Shown piece after piece: positions 23,246 through 34,710 of a DNA stretch of 64,000 nucleotides (the first letter of the stretch is position 1; each line of letters begins with the position of its first letter). Position numbers and translations under genes: made by a program. Origin of the DNA: Setoptus koraiensis (taxonomy: Eukaryota > Animalia > Arthropoda); contig CM106586.1 in the NCBI GenBank assembly GCA_048013815.1, forward strand, positions 806,001 through 870,000, written 5' to 3'. The notes below the pieces were generated by a model, which saw only the letters and a program-made list of their open reading frames with translations, searched no databases and was not told the DNA's origin.

Positions 23246-25249
23246 ATGTCTGACACCGAATCTTACAGTGATGCGACAATGGACGATGTATCGTCATCAT
23301 CGTCAGATCTCGAATTAATATATGAGGAGCAACAGCCGCAGCTACAACAACAACAGCAGCAGCATCAACTGCAATATCAATTGCAACAACAAGTGATCCT
23401 GATTCAATCAGTATCTCGAGCACTTAATTTTTTGGATAGACGAGTATCGTTGGAAAAGGGATGCGAGCATGTGACAACATGTCGGAGATACACATCTAAG
23501 CCTGTCAGATCGGAGTAGCCAAAAGGATGACAGAATAAATACAAGTTCTCCAAATTTCTATCGCAGCATGATACACATGTTCATTGCTTGAAACTATCAT
23601 CGGAAATTCGAATTTTCAATTTTCGAATTCCGAACTTCGAATTGTTACCACCGAAGTTTGAAATGTGACCATCGAACATCGAACGAGCAGATGGAACTCT
23701 CATCAGGAATTCGAATTTTCAATTTTCGAACTTCGAATTGTTACCACCGAACTCTGACCATCGAACATCGAACGAGCAGATGAAACTGCCATCGGAAATT
23801 CAAATTTTCAATTTCGAATTCCGAACTTCGAATTGTTACCACCGAAGTTTGAAATGTGACCATCGAACGAGCAGATGGAACTGTCATCGGAAATTCAAAT
23901 TTTCAATTTCGAATTCCGAACTTCGAATTGTTACCACCGAAGTTTGAAATGTGACCATCGAACGAGTAGATGGAACTGTCATCGGAAATTCGAATTTTCA
24001 ATTTTCGAATTTCGAACTTCGAATTGTTACCACCGAAGTTTGAAATGTGACCATCGATCGTCGAACGAGCAGATGGAACTATCATCAGGAATTCGGGTTT
24101 TCAATTTTCGAATTTAGAAGTTCCAATTGTGACCTTCGAACACCGACCATCGAACATCGAACGAGCAGCTGTAACTCCCATCAGGAATTCGAATTTTCAA
24201 TTTTCAATTTTCGAATTTCGAACTTCGAATTGTTACCACCGAAGTTTGAAATGTGACCATCGAACATCGAACGAGCAGATGGAACTGTCATTGGTAATTC
24301 AAATTTTCAATTTCGAATTCCGAACTTCGAATTGTTACCACCGAAGTTTGAAATGTGACCATCGAACGAGCAGATGGAACTGTCATCGGAAATTCGAATT
24401 TTCAATTTCGAATTTCGAACTTCGAATTGTTACCACCGAAGTTTGAAATGTGACCATCGAACATCGAACGAGCAGATGGAACTCTCATCAGGAATTCGAA
24501 TTTTCAATTTTCGAACTTCGAATTGTTACCACCGAACTCTGACCATCGAACATCGAACGAGCAGATGAAACTCTCATCAGAAATCCGAATTTTCAATTTC
24601 GAATTTCGAAGTTCGAAATGTTACCACCGAACTCTGACCATAGAACTAAGAACACTCAACCACTAACTTTGAACGAGCAGCTAAAACTCTTATTAGAAAT
24701 TCGAATTTTCAATTTTGAAGTTCGATTTGTCAACACCGAACTCCGCACAAATGTGACCTAGTCAAATCTCCATAGAATCGCTTACGAAATATTTTCGAGT
24801 GAAGGGATAATAGACCAAGTCGAATCTACATAGGAATACATGTGTAATGTCTAGCAGGATTCTCACAAATTTGACTAAGTCAAACCTCCATAGGAGGACA
24901 TAGTCACGTGGATCAACGTAGTCATAATCACCACCCCAATAGCAGCTTAATTAAAATTAAGCGCTTAAAACCACAGATCCAAGTGCAATTGCAACCACAA
25001 AAGCAACAATTGCAGAATAATACTAATATGCAAAATGGCAATACTAATAGTGCAACATCACTAGTGCAATGGGATGTGTTTGCGATTATCAATAGTACAA
25101 TTGTCAACGGGACAATATATTGCCGTGTGCAATGGGCTCCACCGGGACGCCATGAGGATACCTGGGAGCCAGGTCGCAATTGTCTATGTGACAGGTTAAT
25201 AAGAGAGTACTATGAAAGACGATTTTGGGTTCAATCGCAACATAATTAA
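23246..25249 (+). pseudogene. polyQ-chromodomain micro-gene (copy B) split by a HINE at 23389-24968
   Basis: Removing the HINE restores a continuous frame MSDTESYSDATMDD..QLQQ|PQIQVQ..QWDVFAIINS..YCRVQWAPPGRHEDTWEPGRNCLCDRLIREYYERR. Confidence 0.8.
23389..24968 (-). mobile_element. Full-length HINE with ~95-bp unit satellite (23590-24760)
   Basis: Both termini present; inserted at an AA/TT site without TSD; unit length from repeat starts at 23822 and 23917. Confidence 0.9.
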
Positions 25250-25274
25250 TTTTCGTGGGAGTATAGAGAAGTAT

Positions 25275-25500
25275 AAAATAATATGTAGCTCCACCTCCCC
25301 TACATAAGCCACACCTCCCATCTATTGCACTCCTCCCATTATCAGTAAGCCCCTCCTTACACTACATGTTAAGCTCCTCACCTACATAGGCCCCTCCCAC
25401 AGAGGAGACTATATAAGGGAGAGCAGTGTCAGTATAAACCTTACTTGTATTCCACTATCAATAAACAGTATCAGTATGTATATGTAAGATTGATGTTTAT
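25275..25500 (+). repeat. LTR-like repeat, copy 4
   Basis: TGTAGCTCCACCTCCCC..GACTATATAAGGGAGAGCAGTGTCAGT..CAATAAAC, directly after chromodomain copy B. Confidence 0.6.
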
Positions 25501-25799
25501 TCGTCAAAAACTAGATACAACTGACTGATTTTAGGCAGTGCTTCCCCTAATTATAGGGGGAGGGAAGCACTGCCAAAGGCAGACCCTAGGTGGGTCGCAG
25601 GCTCCACTACAGCTCCTCTATTGAGGAATAGAGGCTGTAGTGGAGCCTTCTACAAGCGTTTGAGGGACTCTACAGGGTGACTTTAAGGCCACTCTGTAGA
25701 GTCCTCGTTATAGTTGATCGTTTGCTTGTTGTTGGTGCCGCTACAGGCACTGCCTGTAGATATATATATATATTATTTTAAAAGCGGAATCTCCCGTCT

Positions 25800-26270
25800 A
25801 GTATATTGATTTCAGAAAATCGTCTGATTAAACGGTCACAAAGACAGTGCTCTGTGGGCTACCAGCTATCTGGTTATCTCCCGACCGGTGCCCATTTTAT
25901 TTAATAACATAATCTATTATTGATTATCGCATCAAGAATTGTAGAAACATCCCACCACTCATTCGTGGGTTGTTGTTGTTCAACATGTAGCTGCATAGGT
26001 TGTTGATATGCTTGTTGCATATGAAGATATTGTTGTTGTTGCATTTGATGCAATTGTTGTTGTTCATTTTGCTGCTACTGTTGATATTGCTGCTGCTGAT
26101 GTTGCTGCTGTTACTGCGGTTGCTGCTGCCGCTGTTGCACTTGCTGTTGCTGTTGTATTTGCTGTTGTTGTTGTACATGCTGTTACTGTTGCGGATAAAA
26201 TTCATGTAGTATTTCTAGATATGACGATGAGACTTCGCTCATCGTCGCGTCACTTGAATAGTCGTGATTT
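25800..26270 (-). pseudogene. polyQ-chromodomain micro-gene (copy C), multiple stops
   Basis: SDATMSEVSSSYLEILHE..polyQ..EWWDVSTILDAIINNRLCY*IKWAPVGR*PDSW*PTEHCLCDRLIRRF; same N-terminus as copy B. Confidence 0.8.
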
Positions 26271-26757
26271 GACACCTTAAGTCTTCCGAATAAGGTTTTA
26301 AAATGAAGTCTCTTGATTGGCTAGCTAGATCCCAGGGATCCGGCCACTCCATATTGTTATTGATTTGATTTATATACATCAAATGTTTCCTTGTGTACTA
26401 ATTCACGCTGACACCCATTGTATACAACTTAATCGGTTAATTGGTGTTAAATACACATGTTGAATGCAATTTTTGACCGCTTGGATCGCATTAGTCTCTC
26501 CTTTTTCCACTAGAGGCGCTTGTGCTGCGTACAGCCTGTACCATACAGGGTGTATCTCTGGTGTGCGCCATCTGGTGATTCTTATTAGAAATGCTAGGAT
26601 TTGAGCAGCTTCTAGTGATTATCTTGTTTAGCGCCACCTACTGTCTTCTTTGCGAAGTAAACTTTGACTCTGTGTATTTTCTTAGGTTTCTCGTATGTCA
26701 AGGGTATATTGGATATAGTCAGGGGTATTTTTGGGTATTTTTGTGTTTGTCATATTT

Positions 26758-28330
26758 TTATACCTCTGTAAGCGTAACTTGACTATTTGGATGTACTTGA
26801 TACCTCATTTGTTCTAGATCATAATAAGCAGTGATCCTTTGATCATTTAACTTCTGTAATTCATAGTAACATCCTAGAACAGTCAATACACATATACCCA
26901 CTATTATCCAAATTAATAGAATTAGAATTGCATTTTCGTTGTTCTCTATGATTAATCTATCTGTTGTATGAGCCATTAAAAGTTATAATTTACCTTTCTG
27001 GATCAGCTGTTATATCTATGATAGATGTATCCTTAGTTTCGATCTCATTTAATTCCTTAAAATTCAATAGTTCTGCTACTTCCGGTATTGCTATTCGTCC
27101 TAATTTGCATTCTTTAACTAAGTAACTAAGTTTTTAAGATCTATGACTTAGAATATGTATAGCTTGGCAAACATTTCGGGTATTCTATACAAGAGCGCCA
27201 CACTCCGATTCCAATGAAACTCAACACAGGGGGCCCGCAGGGCCCGACAACAATAAATTCGAAGGTCCGTAAGTGCGGAAACTTCCGGTTTCAAGAAAAA
27301 TCAAAGATAAAGCTTGAAACTCAGTATACAGCCTGCTCAGAGCATGTCAAAAAGAAAAGTGTCAATTTCAGATCTGAACGACTTCCGGTTCTTATAATAC
27401 TGCCGTTACTCTTTTGGAAGAGGCATTTTCACATGTGTTTGGGGGGAGTTGACAGGGAACATTCTGATCTTCCACTTTTATTCGGGTATGGATTGCAGTC
27501 ATGTGAGCGGAGGGTAGAGGGCGTAGCCCGATACCCGGAGCGCTCATCAACCCTACCCGTAGGGTTCCCGCAGTCGTCGCGGGAGCGACGACGGAGATGT
27601 GACGGCCTCCAAAATACGAGGCTGCAGGCCGAGTTTTCGGATCAAACGCAGACTCATCGCCCAGCGATGCAAAGCTCAAATCTGCAAAAGTAAGCTTGTC
27701 TGCAGAGGCCCGATCTCTTTTGGTCACCGTAAATGTTTGTTTCCTACGCCCTGGCACGGACCACTTTTGCTTGATCTCGGGGTCACTATCTTCACCAAAT
27801 AAAGTACCCATACTGGGTCACAATGAGTTGCTCCACCCTGGAACACCCATGCTACCCCAAAAAAATGCCCCGAAAAATGCTCGCGGTCGTCGGGTATTGA
27901 AAAACGCCCACTAAGCGGTACCTCGGTTATCTCGGGAACGAGGAATTTCCGCACTTCCGGAATACTCAATCCGGTTTCAGGGTACAATACCCCAGCCGAA
28001 AATACCCAAAAATCCCCGAAAAGAGTGTGGCGCTCTTGTATAGAATAACCAACATTTCTTCTTTAGCTTCTTGAGGTAAAAGGTCCTCTTTCTTTATGCT
28101 TTTACTCATACTTATCAGATCAACCCACATTAGCTCTTTATATATTCATAAAAGACATCTCCTGTATCGTGTCTTAGATGATCTCCCCAATCTTTCATTT
28201 GCTTCTCAAAGTCTGTGACTTCTGCAAAAGCGAACTTTGATCTTAACAAATTAGTTACTATTATACCAGTTATATTTGCTCCTGTGTTATAATGGATACT
28301 ATCTCTTTTCCATCTCTTTTGGGGTTGACA
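26758..28330 (-). pseudogene. env-like glycoprotein pseudogene interrupted by a MITE
   Basis: Furin-like KKRWKR site, N-glycan sequon NIT, C-terminal TM (LILLIWIIVGICVLTVLGCYY); homologous along its length to 50890-51823. Confidence 0.65.
27178..28050 (+). mobile_element. Complete MITE family A copy (873 bp), core ~27487-27635
   Basis: TIRs GGGTATTCTATACAAGAGCGCCACACT / AGTGTGGCGCTCTTGTATAGAATAACC; TSD AACATTTC. Confidence 0.93.
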
Positions 28331-28349
28331 GTTATTGAGTATCTTACTG

Positions 28350-28625
28350 ACTAATTGGTGTGTCTAACTAAATCACTCATTGTGGTGAAACTGACCATTA
28401 GAATCTTACTAAATTCCGTTCGCAAGCAATGAACATGTGTATCATGCTGCGATAGAAATTTGGAGAACTTGTATTTATTCTGTTATCCTTTCGGCTACTC
28501 CGATCTGACAGGCTTAGATGTGTATCTCCGACATGTTGTCACATGCTCGCATCCATATTCCAACGATACTCGTCTATCCAAAATATTGAGCGCTCGAGAT
28601 GCTGATAGAATCAGTATCACTTGTT
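28350..28625 (+). mobile_element. HINE 3' fragment
   Basis: Conserved body, subTIR variant ATATTGAGCGCT, hairpin, ACTTGT. Confidence 0.75.
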
Positions 28626-28704
28626 TCTTTTTAAAACCTATCGGTCGTCCCCACTTCACTGAGTTGTTATCTTTTCTGTTGATCGTTGTGGATAGCGACA
28701 GGTC

Positions 28705-29710
28705 AGTTATTGTTCGGAACACGTACCACGCCCAATTTGGGTATTTTGGGTATTTTTGGGTAGGGTATTGTGCCCTGATACCCGAATGGGTATTCCGGAA
28801 GTGCGGAAATTCTTCGTTCCCGAGTTACCCGAGGTACCGCATTGTGGGTATTTTAGGGTATTTGGAGGCATATTGACGATACAATCGATCGTACCCACCC
28901 AAACGGACATCGGTTAGGGTACCAACATCTTTATACCGAAGGTAGATTGCACCTAGAAGCTCTAGAAGTCGAGTAAAAGCAGTCGAACTGAAGAGGCGTG
29001 ACCGATGCGCGCGGCGCGGAGTGAAACCGCACCCGCAATTAGTCAGACTACACACCGAGTCTCAGCGCGTGCACTATTACTATTTGCTACCATTTGCGCG
29101 TGCCTATTCACGTGTGGACCAGATTCAGGTACATCACACGATCAGGGATATATCCCCAAACTTTTGGGATTTTACGACCGGAAAAGAGTACCACAGTCGA
29201 GCAGGTTGGGCCCGGGCCGGAAGAGGGGTTGGGCCGTCAGTCGTCCCGCCGGAGGCCGCAGGCCGTAAGCGTGGACGACTGACGGCCACCTAACTAAAAA
29301 AGATTCTTCCCGAGGAATGGGAGTCGAGTGGGCGGGGCCCGTGATCGGGCCGGGTTTCTTCCATATATGGTGTGAACCCGCTTTAGAGACGGTAACTAGG
29401 TGGTAGTACAGCCGAATCGCGTCAGTTTGCAAACAGGAAGTGTGACTTGCACTTATTGTCAAATCGCCAACGAGTTGATGTAAGAGATTTATCTCAACGC
29501 TATCATATAGATAGCATCTGGATCTAGACAATCAGACAAAAATCTAAGGTCTGGGGCCCCTCAGAGGCCCGAAAAACGCATTTTTCCATATCTCCGGAAG
29601 TAGAAATTTCCGCACTCCCGGACCACTATATTTGTTCTTTAGGGCCCCTTCGGGGCCCATGTGTGAAGTTTGGAGGAAATCGGGCTTGGTATGTGTTCCG
29701 AACAGCACCC
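28705..29710 (+). mobile_element. Complete MITE family B copy (1006 bp) with second GC-rich core (~29190-29360)
   Basis: TIRs ..TTATTGTTCGGAACACGTACC / GGTATGTGTTCCGAACAGCACCC; TSD GACAGGTC. Confidence 0.9.
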
Positions 29711-29809
29711 GACAGGTCTACTGGAGACAGTGCATAATAGAGAACTTTACACAACCAGACGAGGACCATTGCGAATGGTCTTATGGCCATTATTGCCATA
29801 ACAACGACG

Positions 29810-31448
29810 GGTTATAGTCCCGAAGAGCGCCACACTTTTTTCGGGGTATTTTGGGTATTTTTGGGTAGGGTATTGTACCCTGATACCGCGATGGGTATTC
29901 CGGAAGTGCGGAATTTCTTGGTACCCGAGATAACCGGGGTGTTCTTTCGATTAGGTCCCCACTCAGAATTCGATGAAACTTCACACACAGGCCCCGCAGG
30001 GGCCCCACATCATGGATTATGTGGTCCGGAAGTGCGGAAACTTCCGGTTCCGGTTTTACAAAAAGTTGAAGCTAGAGCTCTGAAAATTCATAATCAGATA
30101 GGTGACCCCTAGCGGAGCACGATGAAATCAAAATAAATCTAATATCACTTCCGGTTAGCTAGATATCACGGTTAAACTGAAATTAGAGGTGCGGCCGGGC
30201 CTGTGCGGTGGCGGTGAGCGGGCCCATACTGTGCACAGACTGCGCATCACCATGTATTAGCTTGTAATTCAATTGTTCTTACTTGTCTCATCCTTATTTT
30301 TCATTCCCCCGCTTTGTTTGTGGATGGATTGCAGTCATGTGAGCGGAGGGTAGAGGGCGCAGCCCGATACCCGAAGCGCTCATCAACCCTACCCGTAGGG
30401 TTCCCGTCGCACGCAGTTGTCGCGGGAGCGACGACGGAGATGTGACGGCCTCCAGAATACGAGGCCGCAGGCCGAGTTCTCAGACCCACCGCATGTTCAT
30501 CTTCTCCGAGCGCAGCGAAGCAATAATTTGGTCACTTCCGGTCTTCAAACCCCGCAAATATGACCATATCTTGAAAACCGGAACTCGCACAGATCTGAAA
30601 ATTATTCCATCGTGTTGAGAGTAGCCTGAAATGTCATTCCAGTGAATTTCAGAGCTCTAGCTTCAACTTTTTGTGAAATCGGAACCGGAAGTTTCATCAA
30701 GATCTGAGTGGGGACCTAATCGAAAGAACAACCGATAACCGAGGTAACGCTCTATGGGCGTTTCGTGATACCCGACAGCCGCTTGGGGATTTGCAGGTAT
30801 TTTTTCGGGGTAATTTTTGGTACCTCGATGAAGTAGCGTCCAATACAGCAAGGAATAGTAGAAATAGACCTTAGTTTCGCTCTGATTGTGATGGTTCCAA
30901 GAACCGGAGGCCGTCACATCTCCGTCGTCGCTCTCGCGACGACTCCGTGCGACGGGAACCCTTCGGGTAGGGTTGATGAGCGCTCCGGGTATCGGGCTAC
31001 GCCCTCTACCCTCCGCTCACGTGACTGCAATCCATACCCTGTCAGAAGAGATGATCAGACTACGAACTGTGAAGCCCAAGATTTCACAGCATCCCATCGA
31101 ATGCGCAGGCTTCAGATTTAACAGTTCATCAATCAGCGTAATTCCGACCGATTGCGCAAGTATAGCTTCTGGCAGTTCGTCTGATGACGGTATTCCATCG
31201 AACAAAGACCCGTTCGCTGAACTCGCTAAGATTATGCGCATAGAATAGCAAGCAAGAGGTGAAAACCAACAAAAACGGCCCTTATCAGGGCAACCCCAAC
31301 CTTTAACAACTTTCTCTTGGTTTTTCCCAGTAATCTCGAGAACCGCGCGTCCAACATGGCTGAAATTGATGGCGTTGTGCTCAACATGTATGAATCTACC
31401 AGTGTACCGAGTTTTGAGTCTGTATCTCAAAGTTTTATTAAAACCGGG
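29810..31448 (-). mobile_element. MITE family A copy (same subfamily as 381-1338) with a nested copy
   Basis: GGTTATAGTCCCGAAGAGCGCC terminus; 30742-31445 is the reverse complement of 480-1230; core partly deleted. Confidence 0.85.
29937..30733 (+). mobile_element. Nested MITE family A copy, core ~30324-30480
   Basis: TIRs GGGTGTTCTTTCGATTAGGTCCC / GGGACCTAATCGAAAGAACAACC; TSD GATAACCG. Confidence 0.92.
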
Positions 31449-32045
31449 GGTGTTGTAGCGAATAGTGACCCAGTCAGATTTCGATGAAACTTCACACATA
31501 GGGCCCGTAGGGCCCCCCGACAACAGTTTGAGTGGTCCGGAAGTGCGGAAACTTCCGGTTCCGGTTTTACAAAAAAAGAGAGCTACGGCAATGAAACTCA
31601 GTCGACTGATTGATAAGAGCATGCTGATCATGCTGAACTCGTTCTTTAGTCTCTGCGACTTCCGGTTCGGGAGATATCGAGGGAATTTTGGAGATAGGAG
31701 CGTTTCTGCTTCGTGCGCTTGCACAGAACTTAATCTGGGTGCTGTAGCGAACTGGGCGTAGCTCAGATCGCGACGAAACTCACGGTGTGTGTACCTTAAG
31801 GGGCCCTGATGAAGATTTGTTTAGACCGGAAGTGTAGAAACTACAGGTTCCGGTTTTAGCTTAATCTTCGAGCTACAGTCTTGAAAGTCGGTATGTAGGT
31901 GGATTTGATCACGATGATTCCGATGACATCAACTTCTGATTCTTACAACTTCCGGTTCACAAGATATTCGGTGATAACCGCTGCAAGGGCGGCGACAGGA
32001 CGGAATGTCGACCAAATACGTGCGCTAGCAGGCCCGTTCAGATCA
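31449..32045 (+). mobile_element. Two further MITE arms (starts 31449 and ~31737) running into a gap
   Basis: GGGTGTTGTAGCGAATAG and GGGTGCTGTAGCGAACTG termini with CCGGAAGT motifs. Confidence 0.7.
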
Positions 32046-32545
32046 NNNNNNNNNNNNNNNNNNNNNNNNNNNNNNNNNNNNNNNNNNNNNNNNNNNNNNN
32101 NNNNNNNNNNNNNNNNNNNNNNNNNNNNNNNNNNNNNNNNNNNNNNNNNNNNNNNNNNNNNNNNNNNNNNNNNNNNNNNNNNNNNNNNNNNNNNNNNNNN
32201 NNNNNNNNNNNNNNNNNNNNNNNNNNNNNNNNNNNNNNNNNNNNNNNNNNNNNNNNNNNNNNNNNNNNNNNNNNNNNNNNNNNNNNNNNNNNNNNNNNNN
32301 NNNNNNNNNNNNNNNNNNNNNNNNNNNNNNNNNNNNNNNNNNNNNNNNNNNNNNNNNNNNNNNNNNNNNNNNNNNNNNNNNNNNNNNNNNNNNNNNNNNN
32401 NNNNNNNNNNNNNNNNNNNNNNNNNNNNNNNNNNNNNNNNNNNNNNNNNNNNNNNNNNNNNNNNNNNNNNNNNNNNNNNNNNNNNNNNNNNNNNNNNNNN
32501 NNNNNNNNNNNNNNNNNNNNNNNNNNNNNNNNNNNNNNNNNNNNN
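32046..32545. other. Assembly gap (500 N)
   Basis: Run of N. Confidence 1.
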
Positions 32546-32606
32546 ACTGAGGTAATTCTAAAACTGCATTTAAATACAGATCAACCTGTAAATTTAAGCA
32601 ATAAAC

Positions 32607-32939
32607 ATGGCTCAAAACCGGGACTCTCATTCGGACGAATGGGAGTATATCCAAAACGGAGAATCTTATGGAAGATCACTAGAAGAAGATTTTATGCGTA
32701 TTGCAGATATAGAGGACCGCCATCAGCGCCCACCCATAGCTTATGGAGAATGGGAAATAGAACCCATTATTGGTCATTGTGTGACCGAGAATGGGATGAT
32801 ATTTTATCAAGTAAGATGGCGACCTGTCGGACAATGGGCTGACACATGGGTGTTAGCAGAGTGCGTAATCTCTCACCGCTTAGTGAGAGAATACTTTGAG
32901 AGAAGAGTTTCAGAATTGGGGGCAGTACAACGTAACTGA
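32607..32939 (+). CDS. Intact stand-alone chromodomain protein (110 aa; copy D, no polyQ)
   Basis: ATG start; YGEWEIEPIIGHCVTENGMIFYQVRWRPVGQWADTWVLAECVISHRLVREYFERR. Confidence 0.75.
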   Translation: MAQNRDSHSDEWEYIQNGESYGRSLEEDFMRIADIEDRHQRPPIAYGEWEIEPIIGHCVTENGMIFYQVRWRPVGQWADTWVLAECVISHRLVREYFERRVSELGAVQRN

Positions 32940-33329
32940 TCGTGCTGTACAGGTGAGTGGGAGTATTGGACTCCAAACCTGCGCAGTGCGATCAGTGCGC
33001 TCTACAAAAAGTATAAAATGCGCTGCATCAGTAGGTGCAGCACTCAGATGAAAATATGTATTCAACATAAAATAAACTATATATAAAATACTATATATCG
33101 CGCTGCCTTTATTTCTATTAGTCGGTTATCGCCGTTCTTTTTCCAACGGTCTCCCGATCCTCTTTCTCTCCTGGAGGATCGTTTGTCGTTTGGGCCACTC
33201 TTCGACCTGTTACGATTATTCTTACGCGAGCTAGAACCGTGATCGTCTTGTTTCACCGCATTCACGGATCTGTCGACGAGACTTCACGCGTGCCTCACCG
33301 TTCTCGACGCTGTTTGCAACGCGGATTAG

Positions 33330-34185
33330 GGTTGTTCTAGCGATTAGGTCCCAGCGCCGATTATGATGAAACTTCCGGTACAGGTTCATCTTGACCCAAA
33401 ACCATCAGGAAAAGTGGTCTGGAAGTGCGGAAACTTCCGGTTCCGGTTTTACATTAAGTTGCTTCTAGAGAGTTGAAACTCACCAGAATGACGTTCTAGA
33501 TGACGATTAACACGATGACATAAGTTTCAGCTCTCTACCACTTCCGGTTCTCTGGTTATAGCGATATCTCGAGGGTTGAGAGACCGGAAATTGCAGAATT
33601 CATGCTTCGCTACACTCAGGGATGAGCCTGAAATTGTTCGTAGAACTCGGCCTGCGGCCTCGTATTCTGGAGGCCGTCACATCTCCGTCGTCGTTCCCGC
33701 GACGACTGCGTGCGACGGGAACCCTTCGGGTAGGGTTGATGAGCGCTTCGGGTATCGGGCTGCGCCCTCTACCCTCCGCTCACATGACTGCAATCCATCG
33801 ACAAACAAAGGGGGGGAATGAGGAATAAGGATGAGACAAGTAGGAACACCCGAATTACAAGCTGATACATGGTTATGCGCAGTCTGTGCACAGTATGGGC
33901 CCGCTTACCGCAACCGCACAGGCCCGGCCGCACCTCTAATTTCAGTTGAACCTTGATATCTAGCAAACCGGAAGTGATACCGGATTGATTTTGATTTCAT
34001 CGTGCTCCGCTGAAGGTCATCTACCTGATTCTCAATTTTCAGAGCTTTAGCTCAAACTTTATGTAAAACCGGAACCAGAAGTTTCCGCATTTCCGGACTA
34101 CCTAATCCATGATGTGGGGCCCCTGCAGGGCCCGTGTGTCAAGTTTCGTGATGATCGGCGCTGGGACCTAATCGCAAGAACACCC
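33330..34185 (-). mobile_element. MITE family A copy (856 bp) without matching TSD; chimeric arms
   Basis: Both TIRs present; core ~33645-33800; flanks CGGATTAG vs CAACTATT differ. Confidence 0.85.
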
Positions 34186-34324
34186 CAACTATTCGTTTTA
34201 ACACTGACTCTTGGTAATATTTGTTTGTTTTCAACTGATGGTTGTGAGCTGTTCGTGTTCAAATCTGAAATGACAAAATTATCGTGAACAAGTGGTCTGC
34301 TCATCACAAATGGGCGACCAAGTG

Positions 34325-34710
34325 TTCGGTTAATTACAGTTGGAGGTAACCAGAGAGGTGACCTTCTTCGAGTATCACAGCCAACAGTATCAAGATGTGT
34401 CTAGAGAGTATCATACGCCCTTGCAAGTCTGCCCGCCCATTATCTGCAGTTTCCATCAAATGATGAACAAGATGCAATCAAGGAGAATATCTACGCAATA
34501 GATAGATTTCCCGGTGTAATTGGTGACTTAGATTGCACTCACATACCATTTTCGACTATCAGCGAGAGGAACCGCGAAAGATTCCGAAATAGGGAGAACA
34601 GCATCAATGTTCAAGCAGTTGTAGATGCTGAGACCAACATTGTAGCTCGTTGGCCTGGGTCAACACATGATGCCAGAATATTCGACAATAGTCGAATTAG
34701 GATGCAATTT
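34325..34710 (+). pseudogene. PIF/Harbinger (HARBI1-like) DDE nuclease fragment
   Basis: VSQPTVSRCV..FPGVIGDLDCTHIP..SINVQAVVDA..ARWPGSTHDARIF motifs. Confidence 0.9.

Noticed and set aside
23590-24760. CRISPR-like array
   Set aside because: Tandem degenerate units without unique spacers, eukaryotic context, no cas genes.
26222-26246. Hairpin plus CTAG as a canonical Helitron 3' end
   Set aside because: Lies within the coding N-terminus of chromodomain copy C; spacing to CTAG is atypical and it is not repeated elsewhere.
31755-31790. tRNA-like start GGGCGTAGCTCAG
   Set aside because: No anticodon or T arm; it is a MITE terminus variant.
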